A stretch of 28,179 bases of DNA from an uncultured Actinomycetes bacterium (GTDB lineage Bacteria; Actinomycetota; Thermoleophilia; RBG-16-64-13), in NCBI GenBank assembly GCA_963706025.1, contig CAVPLM010000018.1, forward strand, positions 1-28,179, read 5' to 3'. The notes below the pieces were generated by a model. It saw nothing but the letters and a program-made list of their open reading frames with translations, was not told the origin of the DNA and searched no databases. Positions 17,545-27,026 of the stretch are shown here, one piece after another. Each line of letters begins with the position of its first letter. Positions within the stretch are counted from its first letter, which is position 1. The position numbers and the translations under genes were made by a program.

Positions 17545-18336
17545 ATGAGCTTCCCCAGTCTGTCTGCCTTCGTTGATGACACCCAGGCAGCGGGCCGCTA
17601 CACCTTCTCGAGCTCGGAGGCTCGAGATGCGTTGGATGTTTCAGAGATCGCACTCGATAACGCTCTTCGGCGCCAGAAGGATCGGGGGCGACTCGTGGCG
17701 CCGCGCCGCGGCTTCTTCGTGATCGTACCCACGGAGTACCGAGCCGCCGGTGCTCCGCCTCCGTCGTGGTTCATCGATGATCTGATGAGATTCCTGGGAC
17801 AGCCCTACTACGTCGGTCTTCTCTCGGCTGCCGGTCTTCATGGCGCTTCGCATCAGCAGTCCATGGTCTTCCAGGTAGTGACCGACCGCCCCACCCGTCC
17901 GCCGAAGGCCGGGCGAGCTCGTATCGAATTCCACGCGACCCGCACCGCGGAAGCCTCGCCCGCCACAGGCATGCAGACCGAAACGGGCGCCATGCGCGTT
18001 TCTACCCCTGAGACGACTGCGTTCGATGTGGTGAAGTTCTCGGCGGCCTGCGGGGGCTGGAGCAACGTGGCGATGGTGCTCTCCGAACTGGCGGAGCGCA
18101 TCGACCCGGGGTCGCTTCACGCCTTGGCTGAACTGCGGAAGAGCCCCGAGGTACAGCGGCTTGGCTTCCTTCTGGATCAGGCGGGTCAGTCTCGTCTTGC
18201 CGATGTGCTCCTGCGCGCGCTCGCGGCGAGACGCTATCGTCCGGTACTACTCGCCGGTGATATGCCGCAGGGCGGCGCGGTCTCTGTAGTCCCCTGGCGC
18301 GTGATTCCCAATATAGAGATAGAGCTCGATCTGTGA
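17545..18336 (+). CDS. AbiEi-family antitoxin
   Basis: GRYTFS, RRGFFVIVPTEY, YYVGLLSAAGLHGASHQ, STPETTAFD, QRLGFLL. Start is 17527 or 17545. Confidence 0.88.
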   Translation: MSFPSLSAFVDDTQAAGRYTFSSSEARDALDVSEIALDNALRRQKDRGRLVAPRRGFFVIVPTEYRAAGAPPPSWFIDDLMRFLGQPYYVGLLSAAGLHGASHQQSMVFQVVTDRPTRPPKAGRARIEFHATRTAEASPATGMQTETGAMRVSTPETTAFDVVKFSAACGGWSNVAMVLSELAERIDPGSLHALAELRKSPEVQRLGFLLDQAGQSRLADVLLRALAARRYRPVLLAGDMPQGGAVSVVPWRVIPNIEIELDL

Positions 18337-18572
18337 TACCCGGGCGAACATCACGGCCTGGCGCACGCAGGCGCCATGGGCTCTCGATGAGCAGGTAGAG
18401 TACGACCTGGTGCTATCCCGCTCTCTCTCAGAGATGTTCGCCCGACCGGCACTGCGCGAGATGCTTGCCTTCCGGGGCGGGACGGCGCTCCACAAGCTGT
18501 TCTTCGATCCTTCCGGTAGGTACTCCGAGGACCTGGACCTGGTGCAGCTGACGGCCGGGCCCATCAAACCGC
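18333..18572 (+). pseudogene. AbiEii-family nucleotidyltransferase toxin, N-terminal fragment
   Basis: GTGA overlap with the antitoxin; ITAWRTQAPW..EQVEYDL, AFRGGTALHKL, RYSEDLDL; frameshift ~18340; sequence breaks off at ~18572. Confidence 0.88.
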
Positions 18573-18575
18573 GCG

Positions 18576-19199
18576 ATCGTGCGGCCGACTCGGTTTGTCC
18601 TCCCGCTGTCGGGGGCGCCGGAAGCAGCATCGACTGCCGGTCCGAGCATCCAGGAGCTGTACTCCCTGCTGGCTGCCGACCACCAGCGTAACGCTCTGAT
18701 TGTCGAGGACGTGATCCGGGCCGTGCGGGCGGGACGCTCCCCCGTGGTGCTCACGGAGCGCCGGGAGCATCTGGAGACTCTCGCGGATCTTCTGAGACCA
18801 GAGGTTGCCAATGTGATCCTCCTCCACGGAGGTCTGGGCGCCAAGAAGCGCCGGGAGATCGTCCAACGGCTGACTGCCATTGAGGCGTCAGAAGAACGCG
18901 TGCTGGTTGCCACGGGACGTTATCTGGGCGAAGGCTTCGATGACGCCCGACTGGACACGCTCTTCCTGGCTCTCCCCATCTCCTGGCGGCGGGGTACCCT
19001 CGCCCAATATGCCGGGCGACTGCACCGTCTGGACGAAGGCAAGACAGAGGTGATCGTGTACGACTACGCCGACCTGGCCGTACCTGTGCTCGCCCGCATG
19101 CACGAGCGACGCCTGCGCTGTTATCGGGGCCATGGGGTACGAGGTGAGCCAGGCGGCGACTGCATCCTGTTGAGTGGCGCGCTGTGTTGTCAGGAATGA
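18576..19199 (+). pseudogene. Superfamily 2 (DEAD/DEAH-like) helicase C-terminal fragment
   Basis: RNALIVEDV, VLTERREHL, LVATGRYLGEGFDDARLDTLFL (motif V), QYAGRLHR (motif VI), VYDY; no Walker A/B. Confidence 0.85.
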
Positions 19200-19327
19200 C
19201 CGTGTTGCGCGGCACGCACAACGGCGGGGTAAGAGACAACACCGTGATCAAGCTGTCGCTTGCCACCAGTGTTGTCTCAAGATATACTGTTGTGCATTAT
19301 GAACAACAGGGCTAACACGGACAACAC
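19184..19327. promoter_or_regulatory. Two tandem 59-bp palindromic operators overlapping a sigma70-type promoter
   Basis: GTGTTGTC-N43-GACAACAC at 19184-19242 and 19269-19327 with inner TGTTG/ACAAC at identical offsets; TTGCCA(19260-65)-17 bp-TATACT(19283-88). Confidence 0.85.
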
Positions 19328-20390
19328 TCCGACAGCCTCTGACGTGCGACGCCGGCTTCAGGAAAAGATTCCCGCAACCTGGCAGTTGCGTCTCGAGGAA
19401 CGCAGGTCGGGACGTGGACCGGATGCGGTGCTGGACCTGGAAGCCCCGGATGGCCGGACGGTCACCATCCTGGTGGACATCAAGCGACGTCTGGACCCTG
19501 CGAACGTGCCGCGCGTGGTCGAAGAGATGCGTGCGTGGTCCGCGGAACCCGCGGCATCCGGGCCGACCGTCGCCTATCTCGTGGCTGCACAATACCTGGG
19601 CGAGCGTGTCAGGGAGAAGTTGCGTACGAGCGGTCTCAACTACCTTGACCTGACCGGCAACACGTGGGTCAGTATCGACGAGCCCGGCATCTATGTAAGC
19701 GCGCAGGGTGCGAACAAGGATCCCAATCCCGCGTCTCGTCCGACCCGCTCACTGCGTGGGGCAAAGGCGGCCCAGGTGGTGCGGGCCCTGGTAGATACCC
19801 GCCCTCCCGTAGGTGTTCGCCAGATCGCCAAGATCGCCCGTACCGATCCCGGCAACGTGTCCCGCCTGCTTGACCTGCTGGAGCGCGAGGATCTGGTGCG
19901 GCGCAGCTCGGAGGGCGGGATACAAGAGGTGCTGTGGGACGAACTGCTCAGGGCCTGGACCAAGGACTACTCTCTCACGGAGTCGAATCGGGTCTACACC
20001 TACTTGGATCCGCGGGGGCTGGACGACTTCGTCCTACGACTGCGGGGGCTGCCGTCTCAGTCGGACTATGCTCTCACCGGCTCTTTCGCGGCGGCGCGGT
20101 GGTCCCCCGTGGCGCCGGCCCGGCTGGGCGTGGCCTTTGTCAGGGACGCCGTTGCAGCCGCGGCTGCCCTCGATCTCGTGCCCACCGACACCGGGGCCAA
20201 TGTCCTGCTGGTCGAGCCCAGGGGCGATTTTGTGTTCGAGCGGACGGTGGAGGATGGTGGACTCACCTACGTGGCCCCGAGCCAGGCTGTGGTCGACCTT
20301 CTCACCGGCCCGGGGCGCAACCCCAGCGAGGCTGAAGCACTCCTCGAGTGGATGAGGAAGAACGAAGATGCCTGGCGAACACGGCCCTGA
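19299..20390 (+). CDS. HTH-containing AbiEi-like antitoxin/regulator
   Basis: YLDLTGN; HTH VRQIAKIARTDPGNVSRLLDLLEREDLV; YALTGSFAA, GANVLL, SQAVVDL..GPGR; overlaps the toxin-like gene. Confidence 0.75.
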   Translation: MNNRANTDNTPTASDVRRRLQEKIPATWQLRLEERRSGRGPDAVLDLEAPDGRTVTILVDIKRRLDPANVPRVVEEMRAWSAEPAASGPTVAYLVAAQYLGERVREKLRTSGLNYLDLTGNTWVSIDEPGIYVSAQGANKDPNPASRPTRSLRGAKAAQVVRALVDTRPPVGVRQIAKIARTDPGNVSRLLDLLEREDLVRRSSEGGIQEVLWDELLRAWTKDYSLTESNRVYTYLDPRGLDDFVLRLRGLPSQSDYALTGSFAAARWSPVAPARLGVAFVRDAVAAAAALDLVPTDTGANVLLVEPRGDFVFERTVEDGGLTYVAPSQAVVDLLTGPGRNPSEAEALLEWMRKNEDAWRTRP

Positions 20391-21240
20391 GTACATAGTC
20401 GCCCGACGCGTGCTGCTGGACGCGCTGGAAGCACTTGGGTCTCAGCGGGAAGCCGTGGTGCTCGTGGGTGCCCAGGCCATCTACGTGCACACCGGTGACG
20501 CTGGACTCGCGGTCGCTGAGTACACGACCGATGCCGACGTGGCTCTGGACCCCTCCAAACTGGCCCGCAATCCCGAGTTGGCCGCGGCCATGCGGGCAGC
20601 CGGCTTCTACCAGGAAGAGACCAAGGACGGGCCGCTCGTCGGCATATGGTGTTCCCTGCGGGAGATAGCGGGGGTGACCACCGTGGTCAAAGTCGATCTG
20701 CTCGTGCCGGCGGCTCTGGGTGGTGCCGGCCGACGGGCGGCGCGGCTCCCCGGGCAGAAGAAGGGCTCGATCCTTAAGGTGCCCGGGCTCGAGGGGTGTC
20801 TGGTCGACTGCACTCCGCACATCATCGAGTCTTTCGAGCCGGAAGACAGGCGTTCGTTCGAGATTATGGTCGCCGGTCCCGCCTCTCTTCTGGTCGCTAA
20901 GTTGTTCAAGTTGCAGGAACGAGAAGAGGAAGCCGCCAACCGTCGCGATCGTCGCAAGAACAAGGACGCGCTCGACGTGCTTCGCGTTCTTCGGGCGGTG
21001 GAGATCCAGGAACTCGCGGACGGCCTCAACCGACTGCGGCGGACAGAAGTCTCGAGAAGCGTCACTGAGATGGCCATTGCCGCGCTGCCGGAGCTCTTCG
21101 GTCGGGCCGGCAGTCCCGCCAGTCTGATGGCTGCGGATGCGGCGGCGCCTGCTGAGCCGGCTGAGGTCATCGCCGCCTCCTGCGCTGCGCTGGTGGCTGA
21201 ACTGCTGGAGGCACTGGGCGAGAGCGTCCCGGGTCACTAG
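20368..21240 (+). CDS. Nucleotidyltransferase-fold toxin (AbiEii/MenT-like)
   Basis: VVLVGAQA (G-loop), TTDADV (DxD), VDLLVP, LLVAK, KDALD, i.e. the expected motif order; start overlaps the antitoxin 3' end. Confidence 0.75.
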   Translation: MPGEHGPEYIVARRVLLDALEALGSQREAVVLVGAQAIYVHTGDAGLAVAEYTTDADVALDPSKLARNPELAAAMRAAGFYQEETKDGPLVGIWCSLREIAGVTTVVKVDLLVPAALGGAGRRAARLPGQKKGSILKVPGLEGCLVDCTPHIIESFEPEDRRSFEIMVAGPASLLVAKLFKLQEREEEAANRRDRRKNKDALDVLRVLRAVEIQELADGLNRLRRTEVSRSVTEMAIAALPELFGRAGSPASLMAADAAAPAEPAEVIAASCAALVAELLEALGESVPGH

Positions 21241-21408
21241 GCCTGCAGGACTGAGCACGTGCGCCGAACCCTGCCAACATCGTCTCCAACGCACGGGTCA
21301 TAACGCGTCCACACCCGCGTTCGGGATCCTTTGAAGAAATGCCCTTTTTGCAGCCCGGAAGGCAGCAAGTAGCGCTGAAGACTACGTGCTAAATCGTCTA
21401 TGTCACCA

Positions 21409-21452
21409 CTCATAACCCGAAGGTCGCAGGTTCAAATCCTGCCCCCGCTACC
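21409..21452 (+). repeat. att site: duplicate of the tRNA-fMet 3' 44 nt
   Basis: Identical to 6012-6055. Confidence 0.97.
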
Positions 21453-21824
21453 TTTTTGCCTGCAAATCGGGGTCTTATCTTCAAGACTCCGATTTGAACC
21501 CTGCGACCGCCTGAGGACTCATCATCCCGCATGCACTGCTCCTGCTGAGCGTCAACGCGCCGCCGGCGACGAAGCGGCACGAAGACCCTCGGGGGCAGTG
21601 AGAGGCTGGGCCGTCCCACGTCATGGGGCGGGATTGATGGACATTGATGCGGAAGAAGTCCGCGTCGTTGCGCTCTTCTCCACCGATCCGCCGGAACACC
21701 CTGCAAAGCCTGATGTTATGGGGAGTGGGGATTCGCCGAAAATGAGACTCTGAGGTGGGCCGTTCGTCGCTTCAGGGTGACTGTCGGGCTCACATCGCCG
21801 TCGTTTCCGATTCGATTGATCCGG

Positions 21825-23045
21825 TCATTCTCCGCGCCAGAAACAGCGCCACCAAAGCCAGGAGCATCCACGCCCCCAAGTACATGAACGCCGCCTCGGG
21901 GAGGCCGCCGTCCAGATCATGCCGGCGACGGCACTGGCGGCGAGGTTGCCGAAGCTCTGCATCCCGGCCAGCAGGCCGAAGGCCGAGCCCCGGAGATTGA
22001 AAGGAGCGGCGTGCGCGACCGCAGCGCTCTGGGCGGTCTCGGCACAGCCGATACCCAGACCGGCACAGATGAAGGCCAGAAGCAGGATGAGAATGCTGGG
22101 TCCGGAAAGGGCGAACAGGACGTAAGAGGCAAGAAAGGCGGCCGCCCCTGTCCCGAACATGAGCGTGGCGCCCAGTCGGTCGATCACGTGACCGGCGGGC
22201 AGGCTGATGATCGTGGCCGAGACGTTGTAGCTGAGGTAGAGCAGGATGCCGATCTCGGTGGCGCGGGCGAGACCGTGAGAGGGCTCGAGAAGCTGCGTTG
22301 CACGAAGGATGAGAAGCGTGGCCGCGACATTTCCCATCTCAAAGGCGGACACCGACCACATGAGCCTTCCCAGGCGGCCCTGCATCACAGGGCGCACGCG
22401 AAGCGGATCTTCTGGCGCTCTTTCGCCGTGAGGCGGGGGATGTGACGGATGGCATAGGCGATGGCCACCGCCGCGAGAATCCCAGGGATCACGGACAGGA
22501 GCATGGCGGTCCGCACTGAGAAGAGCGCGACCAATCCCAGAGCGAGGAGCGGCCCCCCAATGGCCCCGAGGTTGTCGGCCATCCTCTCGAACCCATATGC
22601 CCGTCCATAGCAGTCGCTGGACACCGCGTCGGCGAGAAGCGCGTTCCGTGAAGGAACGCGGAGTCCCCGTGCAGACCAGGCGCCGCTCGCAGAAAGGCGA
22701 CCTGCCAGACTGTTTGAGCAAAGCCAATGGCAGCCGTCAAGACGGCGGTGCTGGTGTAGCCCGCCATGGCTACCGTCCGGCGCCGGTCCGGGTCGTCGGC
22801 GAGCGCACCGCCAACCAGCCGGAACACACCCGCGAGAGCGTCGGCGATTCCCTCGATGATGCCCAGTGCGGCCGCGGAGCCGCCCAGCGTGGAGACGACG
22901 AACCGGGGCAGCAGCGAGGTGACGACCTCATGTCCCAGGTCTGACAGGAAGCTGGCAAGCCCTATGCCCTTGACCCCCGGCGTCAGCCACGGGTTTCGGG
23001 CGATACGCCGCTGCGGTCTCGGGCTGGGCCCGCTTGTCTTGTCAC
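21825..23045 (-). CDS. MFS transporter (several frameshifts)
   Basis: Fragments ASFLSDLGHE, LVGGALADD, YGRAYGFERMADNLGAIGGPL, PAGHVIDRLG, RGSAFGLL spread over different frames. Confidence 0.8.
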
Positions 23046-23059
23046 GGTGAGGATCTCAA

Positions 23060-23440
23060 CTAGCGGGCTCTCAAGTATTTCGTGCTGGGTCGTTGACTTC
23101 GTGCTTGATGCAGCGGGAGAGGGTCTCCCAGGCCCTAAAGACGTTCCTACGGATATCACCCGCAACCAGCGCCCAGACGATGTCGTCTCCCACCGCAAGG
23201 CGCCCTCATTGACCCAGGCCCGGGCGCCGACCACCCCGGGCATGGTCTCGACCTGCGCTGATCAACTCGCTCCAGGCGCCTGCTGTCGCAGGAAACCTCC
23301 ATCCCGGCTACCGCCGAGCCGTCACGGGAGGTCGCTCTGACGACCCCGTTGTGGGTGAAGAACACACCGATCTGTGGGCTCGTCGAGTCACTCTTGATAT
23401 CGTCAAGCCACACCTCAAGTGGAGGCCGTCTTCCTTTCAT
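23060..23440 (-). CDS. moaE: Molybdopterin synthase catalytic subunit-like protein (frameshifted)
   Basis: IGVFFTHNGVVRATSRDG, then MPGV..ARAWVNEG and VAGDIR in shifted frames. 3' end approximate. Confidence 0.7.
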
Positions 23441-23485
23441 CGCGTTCTCCTTCTCTTCGGGAAAGAGCCCGGGTAGCTAGCTCGC

Positions 23486-24590
23486 TCATGACGTGAACAG
23501 CAGCAGATCCCGCCGCGGGAGACCCACGGTGACCGGCTGACCGACCTTCACGCCGAACCTTCGTCAGGAGTCGGCGGTTGACGCCGATCTCAAGCGAGAG
23601 ATCCTTGCCGTCCGGTTGAAAGAGGAGGGTCACGTCCGTGCCGGTCGATGGAGACCGACGTGAACTCGGCCCTCGAGCACGAACTCGCCCTCCTTGGGGG
23701 GATGATCCTCGTTGCGAAGCACCACGAATTCGGCGCGTATGCCGACCGAGACAGCGCGCCCCGACCTCGGGCTGCACACTGCCGGGCAGCAGGGTCACGA
23801 TGCAGCTGTCCCCCGAGCGAAGGACAGTCCACCAAGACCGCCTGGGCCTCCACCCCGAGCCACCGTGCCCGCGGAAGACGTTGCGGATACCCAGGTACTG
23901 CGCGACCGCCACGCTGGCTGGGTGCCGCCACACGCTGTCCCGGTCGCCCGCTCTGCCGGATCTCTCCGTCGATCAGCACGGTGATGCGATCCCCCATGAA
24001 GAACCCTCGGAAAGGTCGTGGGTGATCATGAGGATGGCGAAGCCGTACTCGGCCTGCAGGGCCTTGAGCAGACCGCCACAGCTCGTGGCGCAGGGACTCG
24101 TTCAGCGCCGAGAAGGGCTCGTCCAGCAGCAGCAGCGGGGGCCGGGCGGCCAGGGCACGCACCAGGCCACGCGCTGGCGCTCTCCACCGGAGAGGGTGTC
24201 GGGGCGGCGGTCGAGGAGAGCTCCCGATGCCGGTGGCTTCGACCAGGGCGTCCACGACGGGCTCGTACTCGCTGGCTCGCAGGTGCAGGGACCGCGGCCC
24301 GTAGACGATGTTCTCGCGCACCGTCAGAGTGGGGAAACAGAGCGAGCCGCTGAGGCAGATAGCCCATGCCGCGCTTCTCGGCGGGCACGCCGGCCAGGTT
24401 CGCGGCCGGCGAACTCGACTCGCCCGCTGCGTCAGGCGGCCGCAGGCCGATGATGACCTCGAGCAGGGTGGACTTGCCCGGCGCCGGAGGGACCGAGAAG
24501 CACGTGGCTCTCGCCCTCGGCCACGCTCAGCGAGATGTCCTTGAGCTGGAACGTGCCCGCCTGCGCGCAGACCCCGTCAAGTTCGAGCAC
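23486..24590 (-). CDS. modC: Molybdate/tungstate ABC transporter ATPase (multiple frameshifts)
   Basis: GAGKSTLL, LFPH, RENIVYG, LLLLDEPFSAL, MGDRITVLIDGEIRQSG pieces; operon context. Confidence 0.75.
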
Positions 24591-25357
24591 GGCGTTCTCG
24601 AAAGAGGAACTTGGCCGGCGTAAAGAGCGCTCAGCCCGATGGCCAGGAGCACCAGGATCAGCGCCACCGTGCCCTCGATGTCGGCGCTGGAGAGGCGCAT
24701 GTAGATGGCCACGGGCAGCGTCTCGGTGCGCATGGCCATGGTGCCGGCGACCATGATGGTGGCGCCGAACTCGCCCATGGCCTTGGCCCAGGTGAGCACT
24801 CCCGCCGCGAGCAGTCCGCGACGCGCCAGCGGCAGGCTGACGGTGAAGAAGGCCCGGGAGGGAGAGGCCCCAGAGTGCGGGCCACCGTCTCGTAGCGCGG
24901 CGGCACCTGGTCGAAGGCCGACTTCATGAAGCGGGCCGCCACCCCCAGGACGGTGATGAACTGGGCGAGCACGATGCCGGCGAAGGCGAACACGAACTGG
25001 ACCGTGTGCTCCTGCATCCACTCGCCCACCGGATTGCTGAAGAAGATGAGGATGATGGCGCCCAGAGCCGCCGGGGAGACGATGATGGGGAACTCGAGGA
25101 TGGCGTCCACGGCCTCGCGTCCCCGGAAGCGGTAGCGCGAGAGGGCATAGGCCGCGGGCACGGCGATCAGCAGAGCGAGCCCCGTCGCCACCGTGGCGGC
25201 GACGAGGCTCAACTGGATGGAGAACAGCACGCGCTTGGAGGACAGCGCCGTCAAGCACGGCCGATCCGTCGAAGAAGAAGAAGAGCGACGCGATCAGCAG
25301 CCCATAGATGGCGAGCACCGCGAGGGCGCATCAGGATGGTTAGCGTCGGAAGCGCAT
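24577..25357 (-). CDS. modB: Molybdate/tungstate ABC permease (frameshifts)
   Basis: AYALSRYRFRG, EFPIIVSPAALG, YETVARTLG, WAKAMGEFGATIMVAG, TETLPVAIY. Confidence 0.85.
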
Positions 25358-25367
25358 GCCAGCCGCC

Positions 25368-26318
25368 CTACTCGGTCACCCAGTCCGCCGGCAGCGTGTA
25401 CTCGCCGCCCACCGGCTTCTCTTCGCCCATGTAGGCGAAGGCCTGCTCGGGAGTGGTGAAGTAGCCGTACTTGGCGAAGATGGCCTGGCCCTCCTCGCTC
25501 ATCAGGAAGTCGATGAACTGCTGCGCCGCCGCCTGGTTCTTGGTGTAGCTCGCTACGGCGATGGGGATGTAGCCGACGCGCGGGATCTGCGAGGCGGCGA
25601 GGGGGATCGGTCTGGATGTTGTCCGGGTCCCAGTCCTGGAAGACGCTCCAGCCGAGCACCGCGTCCACCTGCTTGAGAGAGATGGCCGTGGCGGTCTTCT
25701 CGCAGCTCTCGGTGTAGTTGAGGAGGTTCGTCCTGGAAGGCGGCCTTCTCCGTCGGCCGAGAAGTTCTGCTCGATGATCTCCACCGCGTAGAGGCCCACA
25801 CACACCGTCTCCGGGTTGGCGATGGCCACCTTGACGCCGGGCTGGGTCAGATCCTTCAGGGTCTGGATGTTTTGGGGTTGCCCGCCTGGACGTTGATGGC
25901 CGGGACCAGATAGGCGATGATCGCCTCCGTGTCCGCGATGACGTCGCCGTCCTTCTTGGCCTTCTCCATGTAGTCGGACGAGCCGGGGAAGTAGAGATCG
26001 CCCTGCTTGGCGAGCTTCATCTGCGAGAGCACCTTGCCCGAGCCGCCGAACGTCACTTCGACCTTGATGCCGGTCTTCTCCTCGAAGACCTGATGGCTTC
26101 CTCGGTGGGCGGCTTGCTGGCGGAGCCGGCGTACATGAGCAGCGTCTCGGAGCTGGACGCGGGCGCCGCGGTGGAGGCGGTAGACTCGGAAGCCGCGGTG
26201 GAGGCGGTGAGACGGCAGACTCCTCGGAGGCGGAGCAACCGGCCAGTGCGAACAGGAGCCCCAGGAGCGAGGACGCACGAGACCAAGCGGTCCCGCCCGA
26301 TGCGGTAACTCTCAACAC
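25368..26318 (-). CDS. modA: Molybdate ABC substrate-binding lipoprotein (frameshifts)
   Basis: Lipobox LAGC; YAGSASKPP, FGGSGKVLSQ, GDLYFPGS, AIANPETVCVG, FAKYGY. Confidence 0.85.
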   Translation of the reverse strand: MLRVTASGGTAWSRASSLLGLLFALAGCSASEESAVSPPPPRLPSLPPPPRRPRPAPRRCSCTPAPPASRPPRKPSGLRGEDRHQGRSDVRRLGQGALADEARQAGRSLLPRLVRLHGEGQEGRRRHRGHGGDHRLSGPGHQRPGGQPQNIQTLKDLTQPGVKVAIANPETVCVGLYAVEIIEQNFSADGEGRLPGRTSSTTPRAARRPPRPSLSSRWTRCSAGASSRTGTRTTSRPIPLAASQIPRVGYIPIAVASYTKNQAAAQQFIDFLMSEEGQAIFAKYGYFTTPEQAFAYMGEEKPVGGEYTLPADWVTE

Positions 26319-26373
26319 GAGTCACCTCTAGTTCATATGACGTTTGCCGTGATCCCAGGCTTGGCCAAGCCTT

Positions 26374-26417
26374 CGTTAGGACAAATATGTTATAACGCGT
26401 GCGCGCAGGAACGTCAA
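26374..26417 (-). promoter_or_regulatory. modA promoter with overlapping ModE-type operator
   Basis: Minus-strand TTGACG-17 bp-TATAAC (26417-26389); CGTTAggacaaatatgttaTAACG (26374-26397) resembles the CGTTA...TAACG ModE box. Confidence 0.75.
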
Positions 26418-26447
26418 GGAGACCGCGACGGCCCGGGGCGGATAAGG

Positions 26448-26803
26448 TCAGTCGGCCAGTTCGGCGAGAGCGGCGAGTTCGGCTTGGGCGGCGGCGTTCA
26501 CTTTGGCTTCCAGGGCCAGATAGCGAGCGACCAGTTCCTCGCCCAGTGGCGTGAGACGTGCTCCGCCGCCACCTTTTCCGCCGCTGGAGGTTTCCACGAC
26601 CGGCTTGGGAATCCCCGGTTGAGGGTGTCGACGAGGGCCCACGCCCGCTTGTAGGTCATGCCCAGAGCTCGGGCGGCGCTACTGATCGAATGGCCTTCAC
26701 CTAGCTTGCGGAGCAGCTCGATTTTGCCGGGACCGAAGGTGATCTCGTCGCCGATGGTCACGTGCGGGGGGAGGAGTACCGCTTGATGGTCTGAATCGCT
26801 CAT
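26448..26803 (-). CDS. modE: ModE-like winged-helix regulator (short form, frameshift ~26615)
   Basis: FGPGKIELL, SISSAARALGMTYKRAW, then VETSSGGKGGGGARLTPLG in the next frame. Confidence 0.85.
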
Positions 26804-27026
26804 GTGTTCAGCTTATCGGATAGCTCGACTTAGCTCCAAGTCTGGGTCCCGGGTCCGGCGCAGCGGTTCTGGGCGCTCCAGGTGGTCACTGGTCGGAAGG
26901 GAATGTCGGCAGACCATACAAGTCTGGGTCCTGCCATCTTCGAAACTGCCGACCCAGCCCTACGAGACCACCAAAGAGAACGACGTCGGGAAAGGGACCG
27001 GGAGGGGTGCACTTGTTTCAGTCCGG

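Noticed and set aside
21530-21780. ORFs or a c-di-GMP riboswitch (GCAAAGCC) between the att and the MFS gene
   Set aside because: No recognisable protein motifs, and the rest of the riboswitch consensus is missing.
26165-26210. Repeated CCGCGGTGGAGGCGGT in modA
   Set aside because: Explained as a low-complexity Thr/Ala/Ser lipoprotein linker.
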